The notes below the pieces were generated by a model. That model was not told the DNA's origin. It did not search any database and saw only the letters and a list, made by a program, of their open reading frames with translations. A program made the position numbers and the translations under genes. Below are positions 51,771 through 61,000 of a DNA stretch of 64,000 nucleotides, one piece after another. The stretch spans positions 1,014-65,013 of the forward strand of contig JBJTRI010000119.1 in NCBI GenBank assembly GCA_046076045.1. Direction: 5' to 3'. Numbering within the stretch: position 1 is the stretch's first letter; each line of letters opens with the position of its first letter. The stretch comes from a bacterium (GTDB lineage: Bacteria > Eisenbacteria > RBG-16-71-46).

Positions 51771-52451
51771 TCAGCGGAAGCGCGCCTTCAGCGAGCCCCA
51801 GCTCGACTTCGAGACCGGCGTCGGGTTGACGGACTCGAGGAACAGGACCGCGTCGTCGAAGTCCTGATCGCCACCGACCTGCTCCTCGAAGCAGAGGAAC
51901 CACTGGCCGGCGTTCAGCCCGGTACCCGCGTAGGTCAGCGCCTGGGCGTTGCCCGAGTTGCGCGAGTCCTGCGTGTAGTACGTGCCGTTCGTGCCGTTGA
52001 TGTAGAAGCCGAAGTTGTTGCGATCGGCGCCCAGGTACGTGGTCGTGCCCTGGAGGGCCGCCGTGTCGTCGAACAGGTTCACGACGACGCGGGTCGGCAG
52101 GTTGCGGAACGAGGCGACTGCGAACCAGCCGGTCGTGGCCGCACCCGGGAACACCAGGTACAGCGACGGCGCCGCGGCGCCGGCGTTGTAGAGACCGAGC
52201 GCGTTGCCGGCGGCGTTGCCCGAGAGCTCGACCTGGATCGTGAACGTCGAGTTGTTCGAGACCGTCGCCGCCCAGCTCTGCACGGCGTTCTGGTCGGTCG
52301 CGACGTTGATGCCGCCATCAGCGGAGTTCAGGTAGCCCTGGAGACCGCCACCGAGCACGGTGATCTGCGGCGAACGCAGCGCGGCCGACGCGGTGGTGGC
52401 CGCGAGGGCCAGCACGGCGAGGCCGGCGAAGAGAGTAGCGAAACGCTTCAT
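51771..52451 (-). CDS. Secreted Ser/Thr/Gly/Asn-rich hypothetical protein with conserved-looking C-terminal SWGSLKARFR motif
   Basis: Signal peptide (MKRFATLFAGLAVLALAATTASA). 226 aa, compositionally biased toward predicted beta-strands. Confidence 0.55.
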   Translation of the reverse strand: MKRFATLFAGLAVLALAATTASAALRSPQITVLGGGLQGYLNSADGGINVATDQNAVQSWAATVSNNSTFTIQVELSGNAAGNALGLYNAGAAAPSLYLVFPGAATTGWFAVASFRNLPTRVVVNLFDDTAALQGTTTYLGADRNNFGFYINGTNGTYYTQDSRNSGNAQALTYAGTGLNAGQWFLCFEEQVGGDQDFDDAVLFLESVNPTPVSKSSWGSLKARFR

Positions 52452-52825
52452 GGAGCATCCCTCCTAAGGAGAACTGTCGAACTGGGTGTTCCCGGAACGG
52501 GTCGTCATCCTGGATGTGTGCCGGATCCCGGGGGAGATCCAGCCCTTCGAACCGGGCACAGCCGGCTGACTAGGGGGGGGGACCGGGGGTCCCGCTGTCA
52601 GACCAAGGTGTGCACAGATACAGGAATAACATACCAGTCGCCCCGGTTCCTGGGAAGGGAATTCGACACGAAGTGGCACCAGTGTGTTGGAAAATGCCCA
52701 CTTGCATCATGTTTCGCAGTAACGGGATGCCTTGAATTCCTTGGATTACCGGCGATGCCGGGAAGTGGTACCTGTCGAATCGGCATAATTCCCATCCGAC
52801 CCGCCCACTTGCCCGACCCTTGTGA

Positions 52826-52948
52826 GGCGAAGATTGTTGAGATTCCCGGGGCAACGACTTAGCCACGCCGAGGCGGCGTGCCCTCGACGGGATCGCAATG
52901 GGTTACGAGCGCAGGTCGAGCGCCGTGCCACTCCTCAACAATCTTCGC
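52826..52948 (+). promoter_or_regulatory. Leader structure upstream of the S1-like gene: perfect 16-bp inverted repeat enclosing a 91-nt segment that carries a motif repeated at 51441-51467
   Basis: GGCGAAGATTGTTGAG (52826-52841) pairs with CTCAACAATCTTCGCC (52933-52948). The enclosed sequence contains CGACGGGATCGCAATGGGTTACGAGCG and an inner CTCGAC/GTCGAG stem. The element ends 27 nt before ATG 52975. Confidence 0.3.
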
Positions 52949-52974
52949 CGCACTACCTTCCCCATAACGAGCCC

Positions 52975-54312
52975 ATGCTTCAGGATGCGGCCATGACCCG
53001 TGACCTAATCCTCCCGCCCGACGATGACGACCTCACCGACGCCGCTTCCGCCGCCGAGTTCGGGGCCATGCTCGAGGACTTCGAGCGCTCCCGTCCCACA
53101 CCCGGGGCCACCGCCCCGACCGGTAAGCGGGCCCCCACCGCCGAACCCCGGGTCGGAGCCCGCGTCCAGGCCCGGGTGGTCTCGGTCTCGGGCGACAGCC
53201 TGCTCCTCGACATCGGCGGGCGGAGCGAGGCCGTGGCCGACGCCCGCGAGTTCCGCCGGGACGACGGGACGCTCACCGTCGAGGTGGGGCAGGTGCTCGA
53301 CCTCGCCATCGTCGAACTGGGGGAGTCCCCGGTCCTGTCGCGCATCGCGCGCCCGAGCGGCCGCGGTCGCGTCTCGCTCGAGGCCGTGCGTCAGGCTCGC
53401 GAAGCCGGACTCGCGGTGCGGGGCCGCGTCACCGCGCTGAACACCGGCGGGCTCGCGGTGGACGTGGACGGAGTGCGTGCGTTCTGTCCGATCTCCCAGG
53501 TGGACTCGGGATTCGTCGAGGACGCCTCGACGTTCGTGGGGCGCACGCTCGAGTTCCTCGTCACCGAGGTGGACGAGGCGCGCCGCAACGTGGTGCTCTC
53601 GCGTCGCAAGTGGCTGCAGCGCGAACAGGCCGCTGCAGCCGAGGCGCGCCTCGCGACGCTCGCCCCCGGGCAGGACCTCGAGGGCACGGTGACGCGACTC
53701 GAGCCCTTCGGTGCGTTCGTGGATCTCGGTGGACTCGACGGGCTCGTGCACGTCTCGGAGGTCTCGCACGCACGCGTCGCGCACCCGCGCGAAGTGGTCG
53801 CGGTCGGGGACCGCGTGCAGGTGCGCGTGCTCAAGGTCGAACCGGGACGCGAAGGACGCGCGCGCATCGCGTTGAGCCTCAAGGCGGCCGCCCCCGACCC
53901 GTGGCACGACGCGGTGCGCGCGTTCCCGTCGGGTGCGCGCGTCTCGGGCGTGGTCGTGCGACTCGCCGACTTCGGGGCGTTCGTGAACCTCGCCCCGGGC
54001 GTGGACGGGCTCGTGCACGTCTCGCACCTCTCGTCGCGCCGCATCACGCACCCGCGCGAGGTGGTCTCGCCCGGGCAGGCCGTCGAGGCGGTGGTGCTCG
54101 CGGTCGAACCCGAACGTCGGCGCGTGTCGTTGTCCATGCGCGAGGCCGCCGCGGAGGCTCCGCCGCCCTCGCGCATGCGGCGCACCGAGGAGCCGGACGA
54201 CGAGCCGGTCGCCCCGCGCCCGCCGGTCGCGGACGAGGGCCCCACCCCCATGCAGTTGGCGTTCCGCCGCGCCCGCGAGGAAGCCGAGCGGCGTACCCGC
54301 GGCGAGTCGTGA
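52975..54312 (+). CDS. rpsA: Ribosomal protein S1-like protein with four S1 RNA-binding domains
   Basis: Four S1 repeats with the G..V.G.V......GAFV.L..G..GL.H.S pattern (three shown: GRVTALNTGGLAVDV, GTVTRLEPFGAFVDLGGLDGLVHVSE, GVVVRLADFGAFVNLAPGVDGLVHVSH). Acidic/basic C-terminal tail. 445 aa. Confidence 0.65.
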   Translation: MLQDAAMTRDLILPPDDDDLTDAASAAEFGAMLEDFERSRPTPGATAPTGKRAPTAEPRVGARVQARVVSVSGDSLLLDIGGRSEAVADAREFRRDDGTLTVEVGQVLDLAIVELGESPVLSRIARPSGRGRVSLEAVRQAREAGLAVRGRVTALNTGGLAVDVDGVRAFCPISQVDSGFVEDASTFVGRTLEFLVTEVDEARRNVVLSRRKWLQREQAAAAEARLATLAPGQDLEGTVTRLEPFGAFVDLGGLDGLVHVSEVSHARVAHPREVVAVGDRVQVRVLKVEPGREGRARIALSLKAAAPDPWHDAVRAFPSGARVSGVVVRLADFGAFVNLAPGVDGLVHVSHLSSRRITHPREVVSPGQAVEAVVLAVEPERRRVSLSMREAAAEAPPPSRMRRTEEPDDEPVAPRPPVADEGPTPMQLAFRRAREEAERRTRGES

Positions 54313-54370
54313 GACACCCCGGCGGCGCACGTGAACGGTGCGCCGCCGCGGTCCCACCCCCGGAGGACCG

Positions 54371-55807
54371 ATGTCCCGTTCCTTGATCCTCGCGCTCCTG
54401 CTGTTCGCGGCCATGCCCGCGGTCGCCGCCGGTCCGTCGTCGGGGCCGCCCCCCGCGTCGCCGTTCACCACCGCGCAACTCGACCACGCGCGCGCGTTGC
54501 GCGAGCGCGCCCTCGAGGACGACACGGCCTACGAACTGCTGCGCTCGCTCACGAGTCGCGTCGGCCCTCGCTTCGCGGGTAGCCCGGGGGACTCGGCCGC
54601 GGTGGCGTGGGCGGTCGCGACGTTGCGCGGCCTCGGGTTCAGCGCGGTGCGCACCGAACCCGTGCGCGTCCCGCGCTGGGTACGAGGCGACTGCCGCGTC
54701 GAGACCGTGTCGCCGTGGCCGCAGCGACTCGTCGCCGAGGCGCTCGGCGGCAGCGTGGCCACGCCCGAGGGTGGGATCGAGGCCGAGGTGGTGGGCGTGC
54801 GCGACCTCGACGAGCTCATGCGCGGGGACAGCACGCGATTCGCGGGGCGCATCGTGTTCGTGCAGCGCCGCATGGAGCGCAGCGCGGACGCCTCGGGCTA
54901 CGGGCCCGCCGTGGCCGGACGCACGCGCGGTGCGGCCGAGGCCGCGCGCCGCGGGGCGGTCGCGGTCGTCATCCGCTCGATCGGCACCGACGACGACCGC
55001 GTCGCGCACACGGGCGCGATGCGCTATGAGCCCGGCGTGCCGCGCATCCCGGCGCTCGCGCTCTCGAACCCCGACGCCGACCTGCTCGGTGAGCAACTCG
55101 CCTCGGGCGCCCCGGTCCGCATGCGGCTGCGCGACTCGTCGAGGTGGGCCGACAGCACGTGGTCGGCGAACGTCATCGGCGAGATCCCGGGGCGCGAACG
55201 TCCGAACGAGGTGGTGGTGCTGGGCGCGCACCTCGACTCGTGGGACCTGGGGACCGGCGCACACGACGACGGCGCCGGCGTCTGCATCATGACCGGTGCC
55301 GCGCGGCTCATCGCGCAGGCTCCGCTGCGCCCGCGCCGCACCGTGCGCGTGGTGCTGTTCGCCAACGAGGAGTTCGGGCTGAGCGGCGCGCGCGACTATG
55401 CCCGCACCCATGCCAGCGAGGCCGCGCTGCACGTGCTCGGCATGGAGTCCGACCTCGGCGCGTTCCGCCCGCTCGGCTTCCGCTCCCGCGTCGCCGACGA
55501 GTACCTGCCCGCGATGCGCGCCATCCACTCGCTGCTGTCGCCGCTCGGCGTCGAGTATCGCGGCAACGATGCGACCGGGGACGCCGACGTGGGGCAGCTG
55601 GTGCCGCTCGGCATCCCGGTGTGCGACCTCGACACCGATGCGAGCACGTACTTCGACCTGCACCACACCGCCAACGACACGTTCGACAAGGTGGACCCCG
55701 AACTCGTGCGCCGGAACGTGGCGTGCTACGCGGTCATCGCGTGGTTGGCCGCCGACCTGTCCGGCGGTCTGGGGCGACTCCCGGTCAGTCCTTCGCCCGC
55801 TCGCTGA
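54371..55807 (+). CDS. Secreted M28-family zinc aminopeptidase with PA-like insert
   Basis: Signal peptide. M28 metal-ligand motifs (LGAHLDSWDLGTGAHDDGAGV; FANEEFGLSGA). Confidence 0.75.
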   Translation: MSRSLILALLLFAAMPAVAAGPSSGPPPASPFTTAQLDHARALRERALEDDTAYELLRSLTSRVGPRFAGSPGDSAAVAWAVATLRGLGFSAVRTEPVRVPRWVRGDCRVETVSPWPQRLVAEALGGSVATPEGGIEAEVVGVRDLDELMRGDSTRFAGRIVFVQRRMERSADASGYGPAVAGRTRGAAEAARRGAVAVVIRSIGTDDDRVAHTGAMRYEPGVPRIPALALSNPDADLLGEQLASGAPVRMRLRDSSRWADSTWSANVIGEIPGRERPNEVVVLGAHLDSWDLGTGAHDDGAGVCIMTGAARLIAQAPLRPRRTVRVVLFANEEFGLSGARDYARTHASEAALHVLGMESDLGAFRPLGFRSRVADEYLPAMRAIHSLLSPLGVEYRGNDATGDADVGQLVPLGIPVCDLDTDASTYFDLHHTANDTFDKVDPELVRRNVACYAVIAWLAADLSGGLGRLPVSPSPAR

Positions 55808-56696
55808 GCGTGCGCGAGGCCCCGCGCGTGATGGCCTGCACGGCGGGATGGTGCACGCGCCGCTCGGTCGTGATGGCGTAGAACGACTCGCGGCAGTCGC
55901 CGGCTCGTCCGAGAGCGCGCAGTCCCCAGCGCTCGCGGGCCTCGCGGAGCGTGGCGGCGGGCAGCGGCAGGAACCCGAGCCCGTCGGCCGCGGCCATCTT
56001 CATGAGTGCGCGGTCGTCGTACTCGGCCACCACGCGCGGGGTCACCCCACGGTCGCGGAACCACGGTTCGAGCGTGCGCCGCAGTGCGGAGCCGGCTGCG
56101 GGCAGGAGCGCGGGGGCGTCCTCGAGCGAGCGGGGGAAGCGGGGCTTGAGCCGGGCCGCCAGTCGCGCGGTGGCGCAGAACACGATGGCGGACGACCCGA
56201 GCAGGTGGTGTTGCGTGCGCACGGGGGACGAGCTGGGTGCGGGCTCGTCGGCGAGCACGAGGTCGAGCCGGAACGCCGCGAGTTCGCCGAGCAGGTCGGC
56301 GACCGGGCCCTCGTGGCACACGAGCTGGACCTGCGCGGCGGCGGTGAACGCGGGTCGCAGCAGATCGTGGCACAGGCTCTTCGGGAGTGAGTCGGTGATC
56401 CCGACCGCGAGTCGCAGCGGGGCGTCCCCGGTCGGGGTGCGGAGGGTCGCCTGCAACTCGTCCCCGAGCGCGAAGATCTCGTCCCCGTAGCGGCACACCC
56501 GAGCGCCCGCTTCGGTGAGCGCGAGCCCGCGGCCCGCGCGCCGGAACAGCTTCTCGCCGAGGGCGTCCTCGAGCGCCCGGACCTGGGCGGACACGGTGGG
56601 CTGGGAGACGTGCAGTCGCTCGGCGGCGGCCCGCACGCTGCCCGTCCGGGCGACCGTCCAGAAGTAGCGCAGGTGATGGAAGTTGAGGGGCTGCAT
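55785..56696 (-). CDS. LysR-family transcriptional regulator
   Basis: N-terminal wHTH (LRYFWTVARTGSVRAAAERLHVSQPTVSAQVRALE) and a C-terminal LysR substrate-binding domain. Its 3' end overlaps the M28 gene's 3' end by 23 nt. Confidence 0.85.
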   Translation of the reverse strand: MQPLNFHHLRYFWTVARTGSVRAAAERLHVSQPTVSAQVRALEDALGEKLFRRAGRGLALTEAGARVCRYGDEIFALGDELQATLRTPTGDAPLRLAVGITDSLPKSLCHDLLRPAFTAAAQVQLVCHEGPVADLLGELAAFRLDLVLADEPAPSSSPVRTQHHLLGSSAIVFCATARLAARLKPRFPRSLEDAPALLPAAGSALRRTLEPWFRDRGVTPRVVAEYDDRALMKMAAADGLGFLPLPAATLREARERWGLRALGRAGDCRESFYAITTERRVHHPAVQAITRGASRTLSERAKD

Positions 56697-57214
56697 AGGG
56701 GGGCAGCCTAGACCAGAGCCCGCCCTGCCGCACTCCCGGGTCCGGCCTGCGTCCACCATGCGTTCCGCAACGGGTCGTGCGGTTCGACGGGCACCCCGGA
56801 CCCGGGAGGGAGGGGGCCGGGCGGCGCGGGTTGGCAATGCCATGAAACCGCTTGGGAGCGCGCCTCGGCGAGGGCTATCCTTTCGAGCGTGTGGTGTTCC
56901 GACCGGAGCCCGCACGGATTCCACATATACATACACCCGACCGGCCGTCACCCCCCTCCGCCACGGCCCGGTTCGAAGTGAACCATGCGTGCGCCTCACC
57001 GCGCCGCCGGGGTCACCCTGCCATGCACCTGCGCCGATCCCACGACCTCGTGTCGGTCCGCGCCATCGCCCGGAGGGGCGCGATGGCGTGTCTCGTGTGT
57101 GCCCTCCGCGAGACCCGCCCGCTCCGCGCCGCGCGATCCCTTTCGCAACTGCGATCCGTTGCCGCCCCCTGCATCACTCCCGCCCACTCGCGTCACCACT
57201 CCCCTGGAGCATCC

Positions 57215-58024
57215 ATGCGTAACCTCACCCTGACCCTCGCGATCGCAGCGTTGTCGTGGCTCGCCGTTCCGGCGCAGGCCGCCGTCACCGCCGCACTGGT
57301 CCCCGCCAACCAGACGGTGACGCCGGGCAGCGACTTCGACGTCTTCTTCGACGTCACGGCGGCCGGCTCGAGCTTCAACGGTATCGACCTGGTCGTGTCC
57401 TGGGATCCGGCTCGGCTCACGCTGCTTCCGACCTCGCCCACGACGGCGCAGCAGGGCTGCCTCATGACCGGCACCTGCAGCGCATCGTGCGGCAGCACGT
57501 TCCATCGCTTCTCCACCGCGGCCGACAGCGCGGTGGCGACGAGCGTGATGCTCTGCAACGGCGTCTCGCTCACCGGCCCCGGGCGGCTCTACAAGCTCCG
57601 GTTCCGCGCCGCCAACGTGGTCGCGGCCACCGCCATCACGGTCCGTCGCGCCAGCTTCTACAACGCCGGTCTCACCGTGAGCCCGGTCAGCTCCGCGGGC
57701 TGCAACGTCGGGATCGGTGTCACGACCGGCGTCGAGGACGGGGTGCGCCCCGGCCTGCGCCTCCTGCGCGTCGAGCCCAACCCTGCGCATGGCCGCGTGC
57801 AGTTCCGCTCCGAGGACGACCACGCCGGGCTCGTCGCGGCCGAGGTGCTCGACCTCCAGGGCCGCGTGCGCCATCGCATGGCACCGGTCTGGGTGGGAGC
57901 GCGTGGTGGGTTCACGTGGGACGGCCGCGACCTCGACGGCGGCCGCCTGCCCGCCGGGCTCTACCTCGTGCGCATCCGCCGCGGCGGCAGCGATCAGACC
58001 CATCGGGTGACGCTGCTCCCGTGA
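57215..58024 (+). CDS. Secreted cohesin-like domain protein with C-terminal FlgD-Ig/T9SS-type sorting domain
   Basis: Signal peptide. A roughly 150-aa beta-sandwich region fits the cohesin pattern (TVTPGSDFDVFFDVTAAGSSFNGIDLVVSWDPARLTLL...RLYKLRFRAANVVAATAITV). The C-terminal tail reads LRVEPNPAHGRVQFR...VLDLQGRV...WDGRDLDGGRLPAGLYLVRIRRGG...RVTLLP. Its stop overlaps the next start (GTGA). Confidence 0.6.
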   Translation: MRNLTLTLAIAALSWLAVPAQAAVTAALVPANQTVTPGSDFDVFFDVTAAGSSFNGIDLVVSWDPARLTLLPTSPTTAQQGCLMTGTCSASCGSTFHRFSTAADSAVATSVMLCNGVSLTGPGRLYKLRFRAANVVAATAITVRRASFYNAGLTVSPVSSAGCNVGIGVTTGVEDGVRPGLRLLRVEPNPAHGRVQFRSEDDHAGLVAAEVLDLQGRVRHRMAPVWVGARGGFTWDGRDLDGGRLPAGLYLVRIRRGGSDQTHRVTLLP

Positions 58025-58077
58025 CGAACACCCTCGTGCATCGGCTCCGCGACGCGCAGCGCGCGATCCGCGAGTGG

Positions 58078-61000
58078 GTGGCCCCGCGGCCGCTCACTCG
58101 GGCTCGTGCGTGCGCGGCGGTGCTCGCGTGCACGATGGTCGCCAGCGCTGCGCACGCGCAGACGCTGCGTCCCGACTTCCAGATCACGAACGGGCAGGTG
58201 AACGCGCAGGTGCTGCGCGGCGACACGCTCTACGTGGGTGGCAGCTTCTCCTTCGTCGGTCCCGTCACGGGCGCGGGTGTGCCGGTGGACACGGCGACCG
58301 CACAGCCCCTCGTGGGCTTCCCTGCGGTGAACGGTTCGGTGTTCGCGGCCGTCTCGGACGGTGCGGGCGGGTGGTACCTCGGCGGCCAGTTCACCGCGGT
58401 CGGCAGCAGCCCTCGCAGCAACCTCGCCTACGTGCTCGCCGACGGCAGCGTGTCGTCGTGGAACCCGGGTGCGAACGGCGCGGTGCGTGCCCTGGCGCTG
58501 CGCTCGGGCGTGCTCCACTGCGGTGGCGACTTCCTCTCGCTCGGCGGCGTGCTGCGCAATCGCATCGGTGCGGTGAGCGCCTCGACGGGCGCGGTGCAGG
58601 CTTGGAACCCGAACGCCAACGCCACCGTGCGTGCGCTCGTCGAGGGCGCGACCGGGGTCTACGTGGGCGGCCAATTCACCTCGATCGGTGGTCAGGTGCG
58701 CAATCGAGTGGCGCTGCTCTCGTTCGCCACCGGTGCCGCGGACGCGACCTGGAACCCGAACGCGAACAGCACGGTGAATGCGCTCCACCTCCATGCGGCC
58801 TCGGGTACGGTCTACGCGGGTGGTCAGTTCACCGCGATCGGTGGCCAGCTCCGCAATCGTGCCGCGGCGCTCGATGCCGTCACCGGTGTCGCCCGTGGCT
58901 GGAATCCCAACGTGGCCGCGACCGTCAACGCGATCGCGGCCGACGCCGCCACCGTGTACCTGGGTGGTTCGTTCACCTCGGTGGGCGGGCAGGCGCGCAG
59001 CCGCATCGTCGCGATCGACGCTTCGACCGGCCTGCCGACCGCATGGAACCCGAACGCCGGCAACACGGTCCAGACGATTCTCCTGAGCGGCGCGACCCTC
59101 TACGTGGGCGGCGACTTCCTCGCGGTGGGCGGCGAGGCGCGCAGCCGCCTCGCCGCACTCTCCACCGCGACCGGGCTTGCGACCGCGTGGAACCCGAGCG
59201 CGTTCGGCACCGTGTCCGTGCTGCAGTTCGACGGATCGCGTCTGTTCGTGGGCGGTTCGTTCAACGGGCTCGGCGGTGTGGCGCGCAACAACCTCGCCGC
59301 CTTCGACGTCACGACCGGCCAGGTCACCGCGTGGAACCCCGACGCCAACAACCAGGTCCAGGCGCTCGCGCTCTCGGGCGACACGCTCGTCGTGGGCGGT
59401 AACTTCACCTCCGTCGCGGGCCAGGTGCGTAACGGTGCTGCGGCCGTGCATGCGATCACCGGTGCGCTGCACGCGTTCGACCCCAACGTGGGCGGTCAGG
59501 TCAGCGCCATCGCGGTGGCGCTCCCGCGCGTCTACCTGGGAGGGCTGTTCGGGACGGTCGGGGGGCAGGTGCGCGTCAACCTCGCCGCGGTGAACTCGGC
59601 CACCGGTGCGGTCGAATCGTGGACCGCCGACACGGACGACCAGGTGTTCGCGATCGAGCCCACCGCGCAAGGCGTGCTCGTGGGTGGCAACTTCACCTTG
59701 TTGTCGGGCGTCGTGCGCGGGTTCATCGGCGCGCTCGACCCCGTCTCGGGGGCCGCGACCGCGTGGATCCCCGACGCGAACGGCACCGTGCGCACGATCG
59801 CCGCCGGATGCGACCGCATCTACGCCGGCGGCTTCTTCACGAGCATCGGTGGGCAGTCCCGCAACCGCGCAGCGGCGCTCAACCGCAGCAACGGCCAGGC
59901 GTTGTCGTGGGATCCCAACCTGAACGGTCCGGTATTCGCGCTCATGCCGCGTCCGGGCACGGTCTACCTGGGTGGCGTCTTCAGCACGGTGGGTTCGACC
60001 GCGCGCAATCGCATCGCTGCCGTGGACCCGGTGAGTGCCGCGGTCACGGCATGGAACCCCAACTCGAACGGCACGGTGCGCAGTGTCGTGGTGGGGAATA
60101 GCGAGGCTTACGCGGGCGGACTGTTCTCCACCATGTCGGGCGCACCGTCGGGTAACCTCGCGGCCTTCCCCTCGGATGCGAGCCTGCCCTGTGCCACCAT
60201 CGGCCTACCTTCGGGCCCGATCTCGACCGCGGTGGTCGGGGGTGCGGTCGCACACTCGTTCCCGGCCAGCGGTGGCACGTCACCCTATTGCTATCGCGTC
60301 TCGTCGGGGACATTGCCGACCGGGCTCTCGCTCGACCCCTCGACCGGTTCGGTCACGGGCACGCCGCTCACCTCCGGCACGTTCTCGTTCTCGATCACCG
60401 CGACCGACGTGCGCGGCTGCACGGGCACCGTGGCGCTGACGTGGGCGGTGGCGCCCACGCCGGCTTCGAACGGTGTGGCGCCCGTCACCACCGGGTTGTG
60501 CCTGAACCCCGAGGTGTCGGTGGTGCAGGTGCCGTTCTCGCTCGTGCGCGGGGACACGCTCGCGCTGCGCTCGGTGAGCGTGACGTTCCAGGTCGACACC
60601 ACGCGCCTTCGGCTGCCGACGGCGGGCCCCGCATCGGCGCACGTCAGCGCCGGGGCGTGGGGAGCGGCGTTCCCGAACCGCACGCTGCAGGTCACCGAAC
60701 TCGGCGGCGGCCGCTACACGGTCGAGGTCGCACTCACCGGTGCGCCGTGCGGGGTCACGACGGGCGGCACGCTGTTCTCGGTCGCGCTCGCAGCTCAGGG
60801 CCCGAGCGGGGTCGCCGCGGTGAGCCTGGTCGCGATCGGAGCCCAGGACTGCGCTGGCGTGCCGGTCGGGCTCAACATGGGGGCGGCGGGTGGCGTGAAC
60901 GTTTCCACGTCGCCGATCGCGGTCTCGCCGGACTCGCTGCCGGTCGCGATCGCTGGCGGGGCCTACGCCGTCTCGTTCTCCGCGACCGGTGCCAGTGGGC

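Noticed and set aside
58074-59402. Plus-strand ORF 58074..59402 (442 aa) from the ORF track
   Set aside because: It is in the wrong frame relative to the real giant ORF. It is an arginine-rich translation with no repeats. The true coding frame starts at GTG 58021/58078 and has no stop to the window end.
58180-60180. Possibility that the 144-nt periodic DNA repeats are a CRISPR array or satellite
   Set aside because: The repeats are imperfect, in-frame and encode a conserved protein blade motif, and they lack a constant-repeat/variable-spacer organisation. They are coding tandem repeats.
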